A stretch of 64,000 nucleotides of DNA from a virus: positions 1-64,000 of the IMG/VR virus record IMGVR_UViG_3300000318_000002. The stretch is one strand, 5' to 3'. A program made the position numbers and the translations under genes. Below, piece after piece: positions 47,743 through 56,845 of this stretch (its first letter is position 1; every line of letters begins with the position of its first letter). The notes below the pieces were generated by a model. That model was not told the DNA's origin. It saw only the letters and a program-made list of their open reading frames with translations, and ran no database searches.

Positions 47743-49155
47743 ATGAAAAAAACCGTTAAACAGGTTGAGCAAAAAGAATATCAAGAAGTTAAATACATAC
47801 GTGAGCTGACCGAATATTGGTCGGCTTACGTTTCTTCGGTTATCAATGAAATATTTGTTGGTATAGGAACAACTCTTGGTATTTCTGAAAACGAAGCATA
47901 TAAACTAATAAAAAATGATCCGTCAAAACTTGAGAAAGCTGGATTCTTTAAAAGCATATTTGAAAAGTTTAAAAATATTTTTAAGTATCGTGTTAAAAAA
48001 TTCAGACCAAAGGTAAAACTATTTAATAAAGATGGATCAGTTATTGATGAAAAAAGATGGCAAAAAGTTCAGGACGATATCCATGATTTTTGGGTAAAAC
48101 AAACTCAAAAAAATTCAGAGGATATGACTCTAAAAGGTTTTATTCTTGGCAAGAAAACAAGTAAATATAGAGAAGAAAAGAAGAAGAACTTTGAGAATAA
48201 ATCTTTTGAACAGATAGATGAAGAAGAATATAAGAATAAAATGCCGTCGCGGATTGAAGAAATATATGCAGATTTAAAACCGTCTGAACGCCGGACTATG
48301 AATAAAGCCTTGTCACGTGTAGCAATGCACGTAGCAGACGTTGAAAATAAAGTAAAAAGCTCAATACGAAAGAATGTAGTGCAAGGTCTTAATGCCGGTA
48401 AAAGCCCAACGCAAATAGCGTCTGACCTTTACTGGAATGTTCAGGGAGGATCTAAACAATCAGCAGACGTATTGAGACGCGATTGGAATAGGATTGCTGA
48501 AACAGAGGTTCAAAGCATTTATGAAGCCGGTATTCTTGCGCCTCATGAAGAAGAGGCAAGGGAATCAATAGAAAATCCAGAAAAAGCACAATATTTTGTT
48601 TATACAGGCGGAACTTGTAAGTGGTGTAAATCCCAACAAGGGACTATTGTCAGGTTACTTCCGGAAGACGTTATAAGAGATAAAAATAATGACAGTCTTT
48701 CGTCAATGGGTATTGATGATTATTTTACAGATATCGCTGTTTGGATTGGTAAAAATAATGTCGGACGGTATTCGTATAAAGATCCTTACTGGCAAATCTG
48801 TACACCTGCTCATCCGCACGGGGTAGCTACGTTACATCCTATAGATTTTGAAAAAGAATTTTACAATGAAAATACGGGACGAGTAGAAGCCAAATTGACG
48901 CAGTATTCAGGAATACCAAAGAAAAAAGATTTTGAGTTTACACCGGAAGAAATAGAAAATAGAAAGCCTCATTTTGTCGGCAATAACAGAGTGATGTTTA
49001 ATGATAATTTGTATGAAAGAGTATCTCCTGATGAATATAAATCATCTTTAAAACGCTGGAATGATAACCCTAATCTTCCGATTCCCGTATCGGCAGGGAC
49101 TACAAGTGATAGACAAATTTTTGAAGCTGCGGAGAAAAATAGAAATGATTCTTGA
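47743..49155 (+). CDS. MuF/SPP1 gp7-like head morphogenesis protein
   Basis: RDWNRIAETE, CKWC, PAHPHG; position in head module. Confidence 0.75.
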   Translation: MKKTVKQVEQKEYQEVKYIRELTEYWSAYVSSVINEIFVGIGTTLGISENEAYKLIKNDPSKLEKAGFFKSIFEKFKNIFKYRVKKFRPKVKLFNKDGSVIDEKRWQKVQDDIHDFWVKQTQKNSEDMTLKGFILGKKTSKYREEKKKNFENKSFEQIDEEEYKNKMPSRIEEIYADLKPSERRTMNKALSRVAMHVADVENKVKSSIRKNVVQGLNAGKSPTQIASDLYWNVQGGSKQSADVLRRDWNRIAETEVQSIYEAGILAPHEEEARESIENPEKAQYFVYTGGTCKWCKSQQGTIVRLLPEDVIRDKNNDSLSSMGIDDYFTDIAVWIGKNNVGRYSYKDPYWQICTPAHPHGVATLHPIDFEKEFYNENTGRVEAKLTQYSGIPKKKDFEFTPEEIENRKPHFVGNNRVMFNDNLYERVSPDEYKSSLKRWNDNPNLPIPVSAGTTSDRQIFEAAEKNRNDS

Positions 49156-49996
49156 TCTTGATGCAGATACGATTATTGATTCTATTTCGCAATCTTTGGG
49201 CAATTCAGATATTGACATTTCTTCTGCTGAAGTTGAAAAAATAGTTAATCATATCGACAATTGTTTACCTGGATTGATAGGTCTTATTGTTTCAGAAGGT
49301 AAAGAATGCTGGATACAAAAAGCAATTGCGGCTGGCGGTTGGGGTAAAAAATATGCAGAAGCAATAAGAGGAGAATCTAAAGGTTTAGATGGTACATTGT
49401 TTCTTGATGAAGAAATTAAAGATAAAGGCAGTAATAAAACTAATTTTATGTTTGCTATGATGATGGAAAAAGGAGTTTCGTCATGGTCAATAAAAGACGC
49501 ACTTTTAAAAAGTGAAAAAGCAAAAGATGGTTTTGATGGTAATGGAAAAGCTATCCGATATATTGTAATCCCTTTACCCGTTTCTACACCGAGAAAAGAA
49601 GGTCAAGGAACAATGTCTAGCGAATTTGGTGGTCGTGAAATGACCAAAGAAATGTACAAAATAGTAAAATCAGGTGAACGTCTCGGTTCCGGATCAGTAG
49701 ACGTAACAACAGTATCCGGAACAAAACAAGTTAATATCTCTGGACTTACAAAATTTAAAACAGCTCAATTGCATAGTGGATATGGGATTTTTCGTTGTGT
49801 CACTTCCAATTCAAAAGGATGGCAATATCCGGATGTTTCACCAAAACCAATTTTTAAATCAGTATGCGATTATATGGATAGACGGATTCAAGAGATAATG
49901 ATAGAGTTTTGTTCACAGATCGTTAAGGAATATACAGGGAAAGAAGATTACGCCTATAGCAGAAATAGGAATTCTTTTATTTTTTACCTTCCTTAA
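49146..49996 (+). CDS. putative neck/head-completion protein
   Basis: Follows MuF-like gene; MEKG..SWSIK..LL.S.KAK, FRCVTSNS.GW.YP. Confidence 0.5.
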
Positions 49997-50207
49997 AAAT
50001 ATTCTTAAATCTGTTTATGTCTATAAGAGAAAAAATATCATCACTATTATTAAAATCATCTTCAAAGTCTTCCCAACTCGACCATACTGTTTGTTCGTTA
50101 AACGATATTATCGTTCCGCTTACAGTATCATACCATGCAAACTCGAAAATTCTATCTTCATTGTCTGCACCCCATATGTCATCTGTTAAATTTAAAAATC
50201 TTATCAT
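49977..50207 (-). CDS. hypothetical protein
   Basis: AAGGA RBS; FAWYDTV motif. Confidence 0.55.
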   Translation of the reverse strand: MIRFLNLTDDIWGADNEDRIFEFAWYDTVSGTIISFNEQTVWSSWEDFEDDFNNSDDIFSLIDINRFKNIFKEGKK

Positions 50208-50234
50208 TTTAATGTCCTTTTAAAAAAATTATAT

Positions 50235-50480
50235 TCAATTAACATTTAACATGTAAACAATAATACCAAAAAATATTGTTGTGACAACCATACAAATCAG
50301 TGGGAGAATTATCATCCATTGAGATTTTATAAAATCAATAATATCGTAAACCCACCACCGAATATCTCGGACATAACATGAATGTGTTCCTGCGTTTCTC
50401 GTCCTGATGCCCCAACATTTACCACATTCTTTGAAAAAAGGATGAAAATATATTTTCCCACATACAGAACATTTAAGCAT
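50235..50480 (-). CDS. small zinc-finger membrane protein
   Basis: CSVC...CGKC plus C-terminal TM; AGGAG RBS. Confidence 0.55.
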   Translation of the reverse strand: MLKCSVCGKIYFHPFFKECGKCWGIRTRNAGTHSCYVRDIRWWVYDIIDFIKSQWMIILPLICMVVTTIFFGIIVYMLNVN

Positions 50481-50501
50481 AATTTACTCCTTTATTTAAT
50501 A

Positions 50502-51320
50502 TTACCATCTATCAAAAATCTTTATCCGGATATTCTCTCCGATTCGAGAAGGATCTCCACCATATAGATTGATTTTTGCACGAATTTCTTCGTTTAAAAA
50601 CTTATAATGAGTATTCGTCTTGTACGCTTTTATCTGAAAATAATCATTATGCCCAATACTCGATTTTTCTTTTTTCATTTTATTTATGATTGTTATATCG
50701 GGAACCTTTTTCCCGTCAAGAATATAACAAACTTTTTCAAGATCGTCTGTAATTGTTGGGCGATCATCATATCCAAAAATTCTACGATGATCCATTGCCC
50801 CCAAAATAAAAACCTTATCAACACCGTTGTTGTTTCTTTTTTTCTTTGGGCTATTCCATCCACCGGTATGATATGTTTGTTCTGTTAATTCCGTAAATAC
50901 TGTTTTGACTAATGTTCTAACATTATCATAAATAAGAGCCTTTAACCCTTCAACCCAAGATTCTACATTCTCAATTGTAAATGGCGGAAAAACATATTGG
51001 TTGATATCATTGCATAGTTTTTTGTATTCGGTGCAAAGCATATATTTCTGCAACCCAAATTGTCGAAGAATATACCACCATATAGTGCGGTCGATGTGTT
51101 TTTCTTCTCGTTGCTCCATATGCGGAAACCCATTTTTAAGATCAATAGGAGAATATCCATCAATTGATTTATAGATATCAGAGATTTCTTTGTCTTTATT
51201 CTGTATCTCATTTAAGCGTTCAAGCATATTTACTTTAAGCAAAAAAAGATCTTTTATCGTTTTGCGTTTCTCCGGTAAATTCTCTTCAGGATCTTCTATT
51301 GAATTATTAAATTGGTTCAT
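50502..51320 (-). CDS. DUF4942-like protein
   Basis: IDRTIW, PPFTIENV, DLEKV..ILDG, NDYFQIK.YK...H.KF. Confidence 0.7.
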   Translation of the reverse strand: MNQFNNSIEDPEENLPEKRKTIKDLFLLKVNMLERLNEIQNKDKEISDIYKSIDGYSPIDLKNGFPHMEQREEKHIDRTIWWYILRQFGLQKYMLCTEYKKLCNDINQYVFPPFTIENVESWVEGLKALIYDNVRTLVKTVFTELTEQTYHTGGWNSPKKKRNNNGVDKVFILGAMDHRRIFGYDDRPTITDDLEKVCYILDGKKVPDITIINKMKKEKSSIGHNDYFQIKAYKTNTHYKFLNEEIRAKINLYGGDPSRIGENIRIKIFDRW

Positions 51321-51330
51321 TATGATATTG

Positions 51331-51618
51331 TTATCCTTTGTCTTTAAGGTTGCTTAATACTTTTATAATCTCGTTTTGCAACAGCACTCTTCTCATGGAT
51401 AATATAATGTCATCTGATAATTGATATTTATTCATAACTGACCATAAAATATCAATTTCAAAACATAGTTTTTGAACATCTTTTTTGTTCGATTGAGAAT
51501 ATTTTTCAATTTTATTTTCAAGCCATTCAACATATTCTCTTGTATAACCGCCTTCTGGAAGATCGGCTGAATATGTTTCTTTTTTTGTTTCTTCAAAGTA
51601 TTTTTGTGATAAATCCAT
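51331..51618 (-). CDS. hypothetical protein
   Basis: AGGGG RBS supports start at MDLSQKY; YT.EYVEWLE motif. Confidence 0.5.
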   Translation of the reverse strand: MDLSQKYFEETKKETYSADLPEGGYTREYVEWLENKIEKYSQSNKKDVQKLCFEIDILWSVMNKYQLSDDIILSMRRVLLQNEIIKVLSNLKDKG

Positions 51619-51628
51619 GATTATCCCC

Positions 51629-51847
51629 TTATTTCGATTTTTGTTCAAAATTAATGCATCCGAAATCTTCACTTACCATAAAATAAGCATCATATCCTTC
51701 GTAATCAGTATATGTTGCACCGCTTGAAGGGGGATTTCTATCTTCAGAATATATGATTTTATCCGAAGCACATTCCCCAATAATTTTACCTAAATCTTTA
51801 GTTTTATCATAATCTTGATGAAAAAACTCGCAATCTTGGCAATACAT
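51629..51847 (-). CDS. small Cys-rich protein
   Basis: CQDC.F...G.C...DFGCINFE. Confidence 0.65.
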   Translation of the reverse strand: MYCQDCEFFHQDYDKTKDLGKIIGECASDKIIYSEDRNPPSSGATYTDYEGYDAYFMVSEDFGCINFEQKSK

Positions 51848-51872
51848 AATATTATCCTTTTTTATTAAAATG

Positions 51873-51945
51873 CAGACCTGGCTGGACTTGAACCAGCGAG
51901 TGACGGCTTCAAAAGCCGTTGCCTTACCGACTTGGCGACAGGTCT
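51873..51945 (-). tRNA. tRNA-Gln (anticodon TTG)
   Basis: AGACCTG/CAGGTCT acceptor stem, D-arm GCCAAGTCGGTAAGGC, anticodon arm ACGGC-TTTTGAA-GCCGT, T-arm GCTGG-TTCAAGT-CCAGC; CCA not encoded. Confidence 0.92.
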
Positions 51946-52031
51946 ATTTTTTTGTATCTTCATACCACTGAGAATTATAATGATCATTGTCCATACGATA
52001 AGCGATAAGATCAAGCAAAAGATTGATTTTT

Positions 52032-52337
52032 TTAATGAGTTGCATGGGGAATCTCCTTATAAATTTTATTAAGTTCTTTGACAATTTGATTGTATCCATG
52101 ATTTTTAATCCTAAATACAAAATCACTCATCTCTTCCCCTATATTAATACATTCTTTGTCGCGCGGATTTATACTGGAATATAAATCTTTTGAATATAAT
52201 ATTTGTGGATCACGGATATCGAAATCCAATAAAAACCGGATATTATTCAATAATATATTAAAATCAGCACTTTGCTTACAATCATTTGCATCAATATATT
52301 TCATTTCCATCCATTTCATAATATTATATTTCTCCAA
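52032..52337 (-). CDS. hypothetical protein
   Basis: ORF abutting the upstream gene. Confidence 0.45.
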   Translation of the reverse strand: MEKYNIMKWMEMKYIDANDCKQSADFNILLNNIRFLLDFDIRDPQILYSKDLYSSINPRDKECINIGEEMSDFVFRIKNHGYNQIVKELNKIYKEIPHATH

Positions 52338-52802
52338 TTACCATTTAAAGTTTACTGATTTTAATTCTGGTAAATTCCTTACTTCTTTAGGAATAAACAA
52401 TCCGTCCAAAAACCAAAAATATATTTTAGAATCCATAGCAATGATAGCCTTTTTTCTTGATTCAATATAATTTGATTCTATTTCGGTAAGTGCCAAAATA
52501 GCTTCCGATAAAATTTTTGATTGAGATAAGTTTTCAATTGATCCGGAAATCATTGTCCCTTGTTCCTTTTGTGGATAATAAGATTTTTGGATATCAATAA
52601 TCCTTATACGTTGGTTTTGAATAGAATCATATTTTGCACTTAATCCCGAATAATCCCTTACTCCAGAACAAATTGTTATAAATAACAGTATACCAGTAAG
52701 TAAAGAAATTATGAACCAAGAAGCCGCATAATCTTCTTCTGATGATAAAATTGATTTAACAAACATAACAACAAACGCTATAAATAAAATTACATAAAAC
52801 AT
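52338..52802 (-). CDS. membrane protein
   Basis: Two N-terminal TM helices; AAGGA RBS. Confidence 0.6.
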   Translation of the reverse strand: MFYVILFIAFVVMFVKSILSSEEDYAASWFIISLLTGILLFITICSGVRDYSGLSAKYDSIQNQRIRIIDIQKSYYPQKEQGTMISGSIENLSQSKILSEAILALTEIESNYIESRKKAIIAMDSKIYFWFLDGLFIPKEVRNLPELKSVNFKW

Positions 52803-52814
52803 AAATATCCTTCA

Positions 52815-53159
52815 TTATTTTATAAACATAAAATATATAGATCCGGCAATAAAAATAAAAAGCAATGACCAAAATGCTCTTTTATAAAAAGTATAAAAAG
52901 AATTTTTATCTATTTCTTGACTAAGTAGTTCCCGTGTGCTGTTATGTATTATTTGAAGATCTCTTATTTCTCTATTACATACTTCAACCGCTTCTGCGAT
53001 TATGGCATCTTCGGAAGAAAAAGCTTTAATTTCGTAAAAAAAGCTATAGTCCTTTCTTATTACTAAACTATAGGTATGTTCCTTTTTGTCAGCTTCTGCC
53101 GCTTTCTTTAAAAGTTCTTCATGATCTTCATACGATAAAATAACCTGTTTGTTGTCCAT
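52815..53159 (-). CDS. hypothetical protein with C-terminal TM helix
   Basis: AGGAG RBS supports start MDNKQ at 53159. Confidence 0.6.
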   Translation of the reverse strand: MDNKQVILSYEDHEELLKKAAEADKKEHTYSLVIRKDYSFFYEIKAFSSEDAIIAEAVEVCNREIRDLQIIHNSTRELLSQEIDKNSFYTFYKRAFWSLLFIFIAGSIYFMFIK

Positions 53160-53383
53160 TTTAAATTCTCCTTTTATTTTAGTAAAACTTCCGCCGGACT
53201 CTTTGCCGACTGTCATTGGTTCCACATTGTTACCAAAAACCGCCTTTTCCTTTCTCAGGTAGTCATACTCCGATATGATCGCCGCACGTTATGGAGTAAT
53301 TACGTATCGTCAGCGTCCCGGTCTCGTTATTTACTGCACCAATTACCGAGCGTTTATCTGGATGTGCCTTCCAGAGAGCCATT

Positions 53384-53502
53384 TGAACGGGGCAGGATTC
53401 GAACCTGCATGGCATGTTTATGGGAGACCTCTTTTACACATACCTTACTGCTGTTAGTACCGCCCACAGACTATTAGCGTCTACCAATTCCGCCACCCGT
53501 TC
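53384..53502 (-). ncRNA. tRNA-Leu-like RNA with non-canonical enlarged central region
   Basis: GAACGGG/CCCGTTC acceptor plus A discriminator, TGGCGGAATTGGTAGACGC D-arm, GCAGG-TTCGAAT-CCTGC T-arm; no canonical anticodon arm in the ~68 nt between them. Confidence 0.7.
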
Positions 53503-53644
53503 TGATATACCCATATAACTCTATTTAACATATTTTTTGTCAACATTTTTTTTGCTAAAACCAATTTTTTTTACATTTTTAATTAAATCTTGACATATAC
53601 GCTCCCTTTTGCATTGATTTATCAACCATATAAGGAAGGTTTTC

Positions 53645-56600
53645 ATGAACAAGTCTCAAATAAAAGCACTTATCAGGAAAAATATTAAGATAGATAATCT
53701 TGAAAAATCAAAAGAAATGTTAAAAAATCAATATAATATATCCTTTGGGAGATATGAACCAGAAGAAATCAGGCAATCTCTTATAAAGGGACTACCGGTT
53801 CTCGTACAGGATCATTTTATTATAGGAATGGACGAAGCAAAACAAAACACTTTTGAGGATACCGACGGAAAAGTTTTTAGTATAGATGTCCCTGTAAAAG
53901 CAATTATTGTAAATGATGAAATAGATCAGGACGATATTGATGCCTCAACAGATAATTTTGCAATCATCGGACGCAATGAATGGAAAACGCCGATTAATGA
54001 ATTTGATAATATTATTGCACCGCTTAGAAATGGGAAACCTTTTCTTCCGAAAACTCCTGTTATTTTTAATTTTCTTAATCTTACAGATGAAATAAAAAAA
54101 ACAGATATTGTTTCTAAAACTGTTGGAGCGCAAATTTATCTTTATGATAAAGACGGATACATCGATAATGCTTTTCACGAGATAGGTCATATCTTTTGGA
54201 GAACCCGATTGACCTATGACGAGCAAGAATTATTCCAGGAAATCTTTGATAGTGGAAAACTTTCGAGTGCCATTTATGAATACGAATGGGAAAAGAAATC
54301 AGCAGAAGAAATTTTCTGTACAGTTTATAAATGGTATTTAAAATCAATTCTGATAAATACATCTTTCCGTAAAATTCTTTCTTTTGAAGAACCAGACGGA
54401 TATGATCTTATGGTTTCAATTGTTCAGCGTATTGGAGAAGACAATATCAGGTCGGATGTTTGGGAAAGTGTAGAAGACAAGGTTAGAGAATACCTAAATC
54501 CTCGATATGATACAACGACAAATAGTTTTATCCGTAAACGTGGTGATTTTGATGCTATCAAAGATGTCGAAATACCTTCAGAACTTTTGGAAGATATTTC
54601 TTCAGTTCAAGATGGAATAAAATATGTTAATCTATTTAAAGGTAAAAATCCTGTTCCCGTAAAAGAATATTCTATTGATTTTGTAAGGGCAACCGAAGAT
54701 TTTACTAAAAAACTTGAGAAGTCGCGTCCGATTATCCCCGCTGGGAAAGAAGTTTTGTACATGGATATGGACGGAGTTATCGCAGATATAGGAACAGGAT
54801 ATAAAGAGTTGTCCGGACGTAATATCTTTAAAGATGATACTTTTACTGTTCGACAGACGATAGGTTTGATCCCTCATTTTTGGCGTAAATTGCCCGTCCT
54901 TCCCAAAGGGAAAGAGCTTTACGATATGCTCAAAGATTATTACGCTATTATATTTCTGACAACTCCGATGGATTCTATAGATTCTTGTAAGATGGATAAA
55001 ATAGCATGGGCGAAGCAGTATTTCCCTGAAGTTAAAACAATTCTATTCAGTGATAAAAAAGAAGAATACGCAGCGTCAAATAAAAGCGTATTGATAGATG
55101 ACTATGGTAAAAACGTAAAAGCATTTAATGATGCCGGAGGAAGTGCTATAAATTTCAAAGAAAAAAATACCGAAATAGTATCGCAGATAAAAGAAATATT
55201 TAATCCTAAAGATGAAATTGCTGAAATAAAAGAGCAATTAAAATCTATGCAAGTTGATCCTTCCCCGTTCGAAGCACAAAAGAAAACGGGAAATTATAAA
55301 AAGGGTAAAATATTATTCAAAGGGCTTTCTCTTATAATCGAAAATCCGAAAGGATCTATCCGTTTTGGTCGCGGATCTGACGGTAAGCGTTGGATGAATA
55401 TTATGAAGGCACACTACGGATATATTGATACAAAGCCAGGAGAAGAAGGTGCTGATGGCGATAAAATAGATTTCTTTCTTGGTGAAAATTTATCAACAAA
55501 TAAAGTGTTTGCCATAAATCAGGTGTGTCCGGAAACGGGGATGTTTGACGAAATCAAGTTGGTTATGGGTTGTAATACCGCCGAAGAAGCAGAAAAGCTA
55601 TATCGATCATGTTATTCTAAAAACTGGACCGGATTTGGTTCAATAGTCCAGACGAATACAAAGGGCATACGAGAATACATCCAAAACGGGTATAGATATG
55701 AACCTTTTGGGGATAATTTTATAGAGCAAGAACCGCTACAAAAAGCAACATTTTTAGAAATGCTAAAAGCCAGAATTACAAAATATGTAAGACGTGAACC
55801 AGACGGTAAAGGCGGATGGAAGTATTTTTATAAAAACAATATAAAGAATAATACAATCCAAAATCAGGAAGAACATAAAGATAGAAAAATATCTCAAACC
55901 GAAACTCCTGAATTTAAAAAGTGGTTTGGGGATTCAAAAGTTGTAGATAAAAATGGTAAACCCTTAATCGTTTATCACGGAACAACGGCTTCAAATATTA
56001 AAGAATTTAAACCTGAGAGATTACACGGACGAAATGGAATTTATTTTACAGATAAACAGGAAGAAGCCCAATTATATGGGTCAAATATAATAAAAGTCTA
56101 TGTAAAAATGGAAAATCCCAAAATTTTTGATGCTGAAGGTAAATCTTTCAATGATATTTTTGACAAAATTGAGCCACTATTAAGATTCTTAGGCAAGTTT
56201 GAGAATGATGGTATAATTATAAAAAATGTATATGATTCCCCTTCCGGGAAGAAGGAGGGGCGAAAATCTACAACATTTATTGTAGATGATGCTTCACAAA
56301 TAAAATCAGCAACAAATAATAATGGTAATTTTGATCCGAATGAATCTGATATGACAAAAGCACACGATTCTTTTGATATTTCAGATAAAGAAATTGTACA
56401 ATCCTTGGATCAAATAAAAAAAGAAATAACCGTCAACCATGATTTTGATATTCCTTATTTATGCGGATACAGCAAAGACGCTAAAACAATTTACATCGAT
56501 AGACATCTTCCAAAGATGAAAACACGTGGACATTTTGATTCTGATGATGCTCTGATAATGCACGAAGCTACTGAAAAGGCAATGGAGAAAACATATCATC

Positions 56601-56821
56601 TGGAATATGCCAAAGCTCACCAGATCGCATTACGTGCCGAAAAAGCATATGTAGAATCTCAAGGTATTTCATGGAAAGGTTATAATTCCTTTATGCAAAA
56701 GTACATTAAGAAAGCTGGAGATGAGAGACTTACGGAAACTCCTAAAAATCTGGATTTGCAACCATATCGTAATTGTCATGATTATTCCGAGTTGACAAAA
56801 ATTTCAAAGGTGCAAAAGTAA
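53645..56821 (+). CDS. large polyvalent protein 1: zincin, NT5C/HAD nucleotidase, pyrophosphatase-like, ADP-ribosyltransferase-like and second HExxE domains
   Basis: HEIGH; YMDMDGV...LIDD; IENPKGS.R...HYGYI...ADGD.IDFFLG...FDE.K; TPEFKKWFGDSKVVD.NGKPLIVYHGT...GIYFT...QIKSAT.NNG.FD; MHEATE. Confidence 0.85.
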   Translation: MNKSQIKALIRKNIKIDNLEKSKEMLKNQYNISFGRYEPEEIRQSLIKGLPVLVQDHFIIGMDEAKQNTFEDTDGKVFSIDVPVKAIIVNDEIDQDDIDASTDNFAIIGRNEWKTPINEFDNIIAPLRNGKPFLPKTPVIFNFLNLTDEIKKTDIVSKTVGAQIYLYDKDGYIDNAFHEIGHIFWRTRLTYDEQELFQEIFDSGKLSSAIYEYEWEKKSAEEIFCTVYKWYLKSILINTSFRKILSFEEPDGYDLMVSIVQRIGEDNIRSDVWESVEDKVREYLNPRYDTTTNSFIRKRGDFDAIKDVEIPSELLEDISSVQDGIKYVNLFKGKNPVPVKEYSIDFVRATEDFTKKLEKSRPIIPAGKEVLYMDMDGVIADIGTGYKELSGRNIFKDDTFTVRQTIGLIPHFWRKLPVLPKGKELYDMLKDYYAIIFLTTPMDSIDSCKMDKIAWAKQYFPEVKTILFSDKKEEYAASNKSVLIDDYGKNVKAFNDAGGSAINFKEKNTEIVSQIKEIFNPKDEIAEIKEQLKSMQVDPSPFEAQKKTGNYKKGKILFKGLSLIIENPKGSIRFGRGSDGKRWMNIMKAHYGYIDTKPGEEGADGDKIDFFLGENLSTNKVFAINQVCPETGMFDEIKLVMGCNTAEEAEKLYRSCYSKNWTGFGSIVQTNTKGIREYIQNGYRYEPFGDNFIEQEPLQKATFLEMLKARITKYVRREPDGKGGWKYFYKNNIKNNTIQNQEEHKDRKISQTETPEFKKWFGDSKVVDKNGKPLIVYHGTTASNIKEFKPERLHGRNGIYFTDKQEEAQLYGSNIIKVYVKMENPKIFDAEGKSFNDIFDKIEPLLRFLGKFENDGIIIKNVYDSPSGKKEGRKSTTFIVDDASQIKSATNNNGNFDPNESDMTKAHDSFDISDKEIVQSLDQIKKEITVNHDFDIPYLCGYSKDAKTIYIDRHLPKMKTRGHFDSDDALIMHEATEKAMEKTYHLEYAKAHQIALRAEKAYVESQGISWKGYNSFMQKYIKKAGDERLTETPKNLDLQPYRNCHDYSELTKISKVQK

Positions 56822-56845
56822 ATTTGTAAAAGGACGTAGTATCAC

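Noticed and set aside
53275-53457. Plus-strand 60-aa ORF
   Set aside because: Antisense to the tRNA-like RNA, no RBS, no recognisable motif
53384-53502. Amber suppressor tRNA (a CTA triplet is present in the central region)
   Set aside because: The CTA is not in a 7-nt loop on a 5-bp stem and lacks the preceding U33
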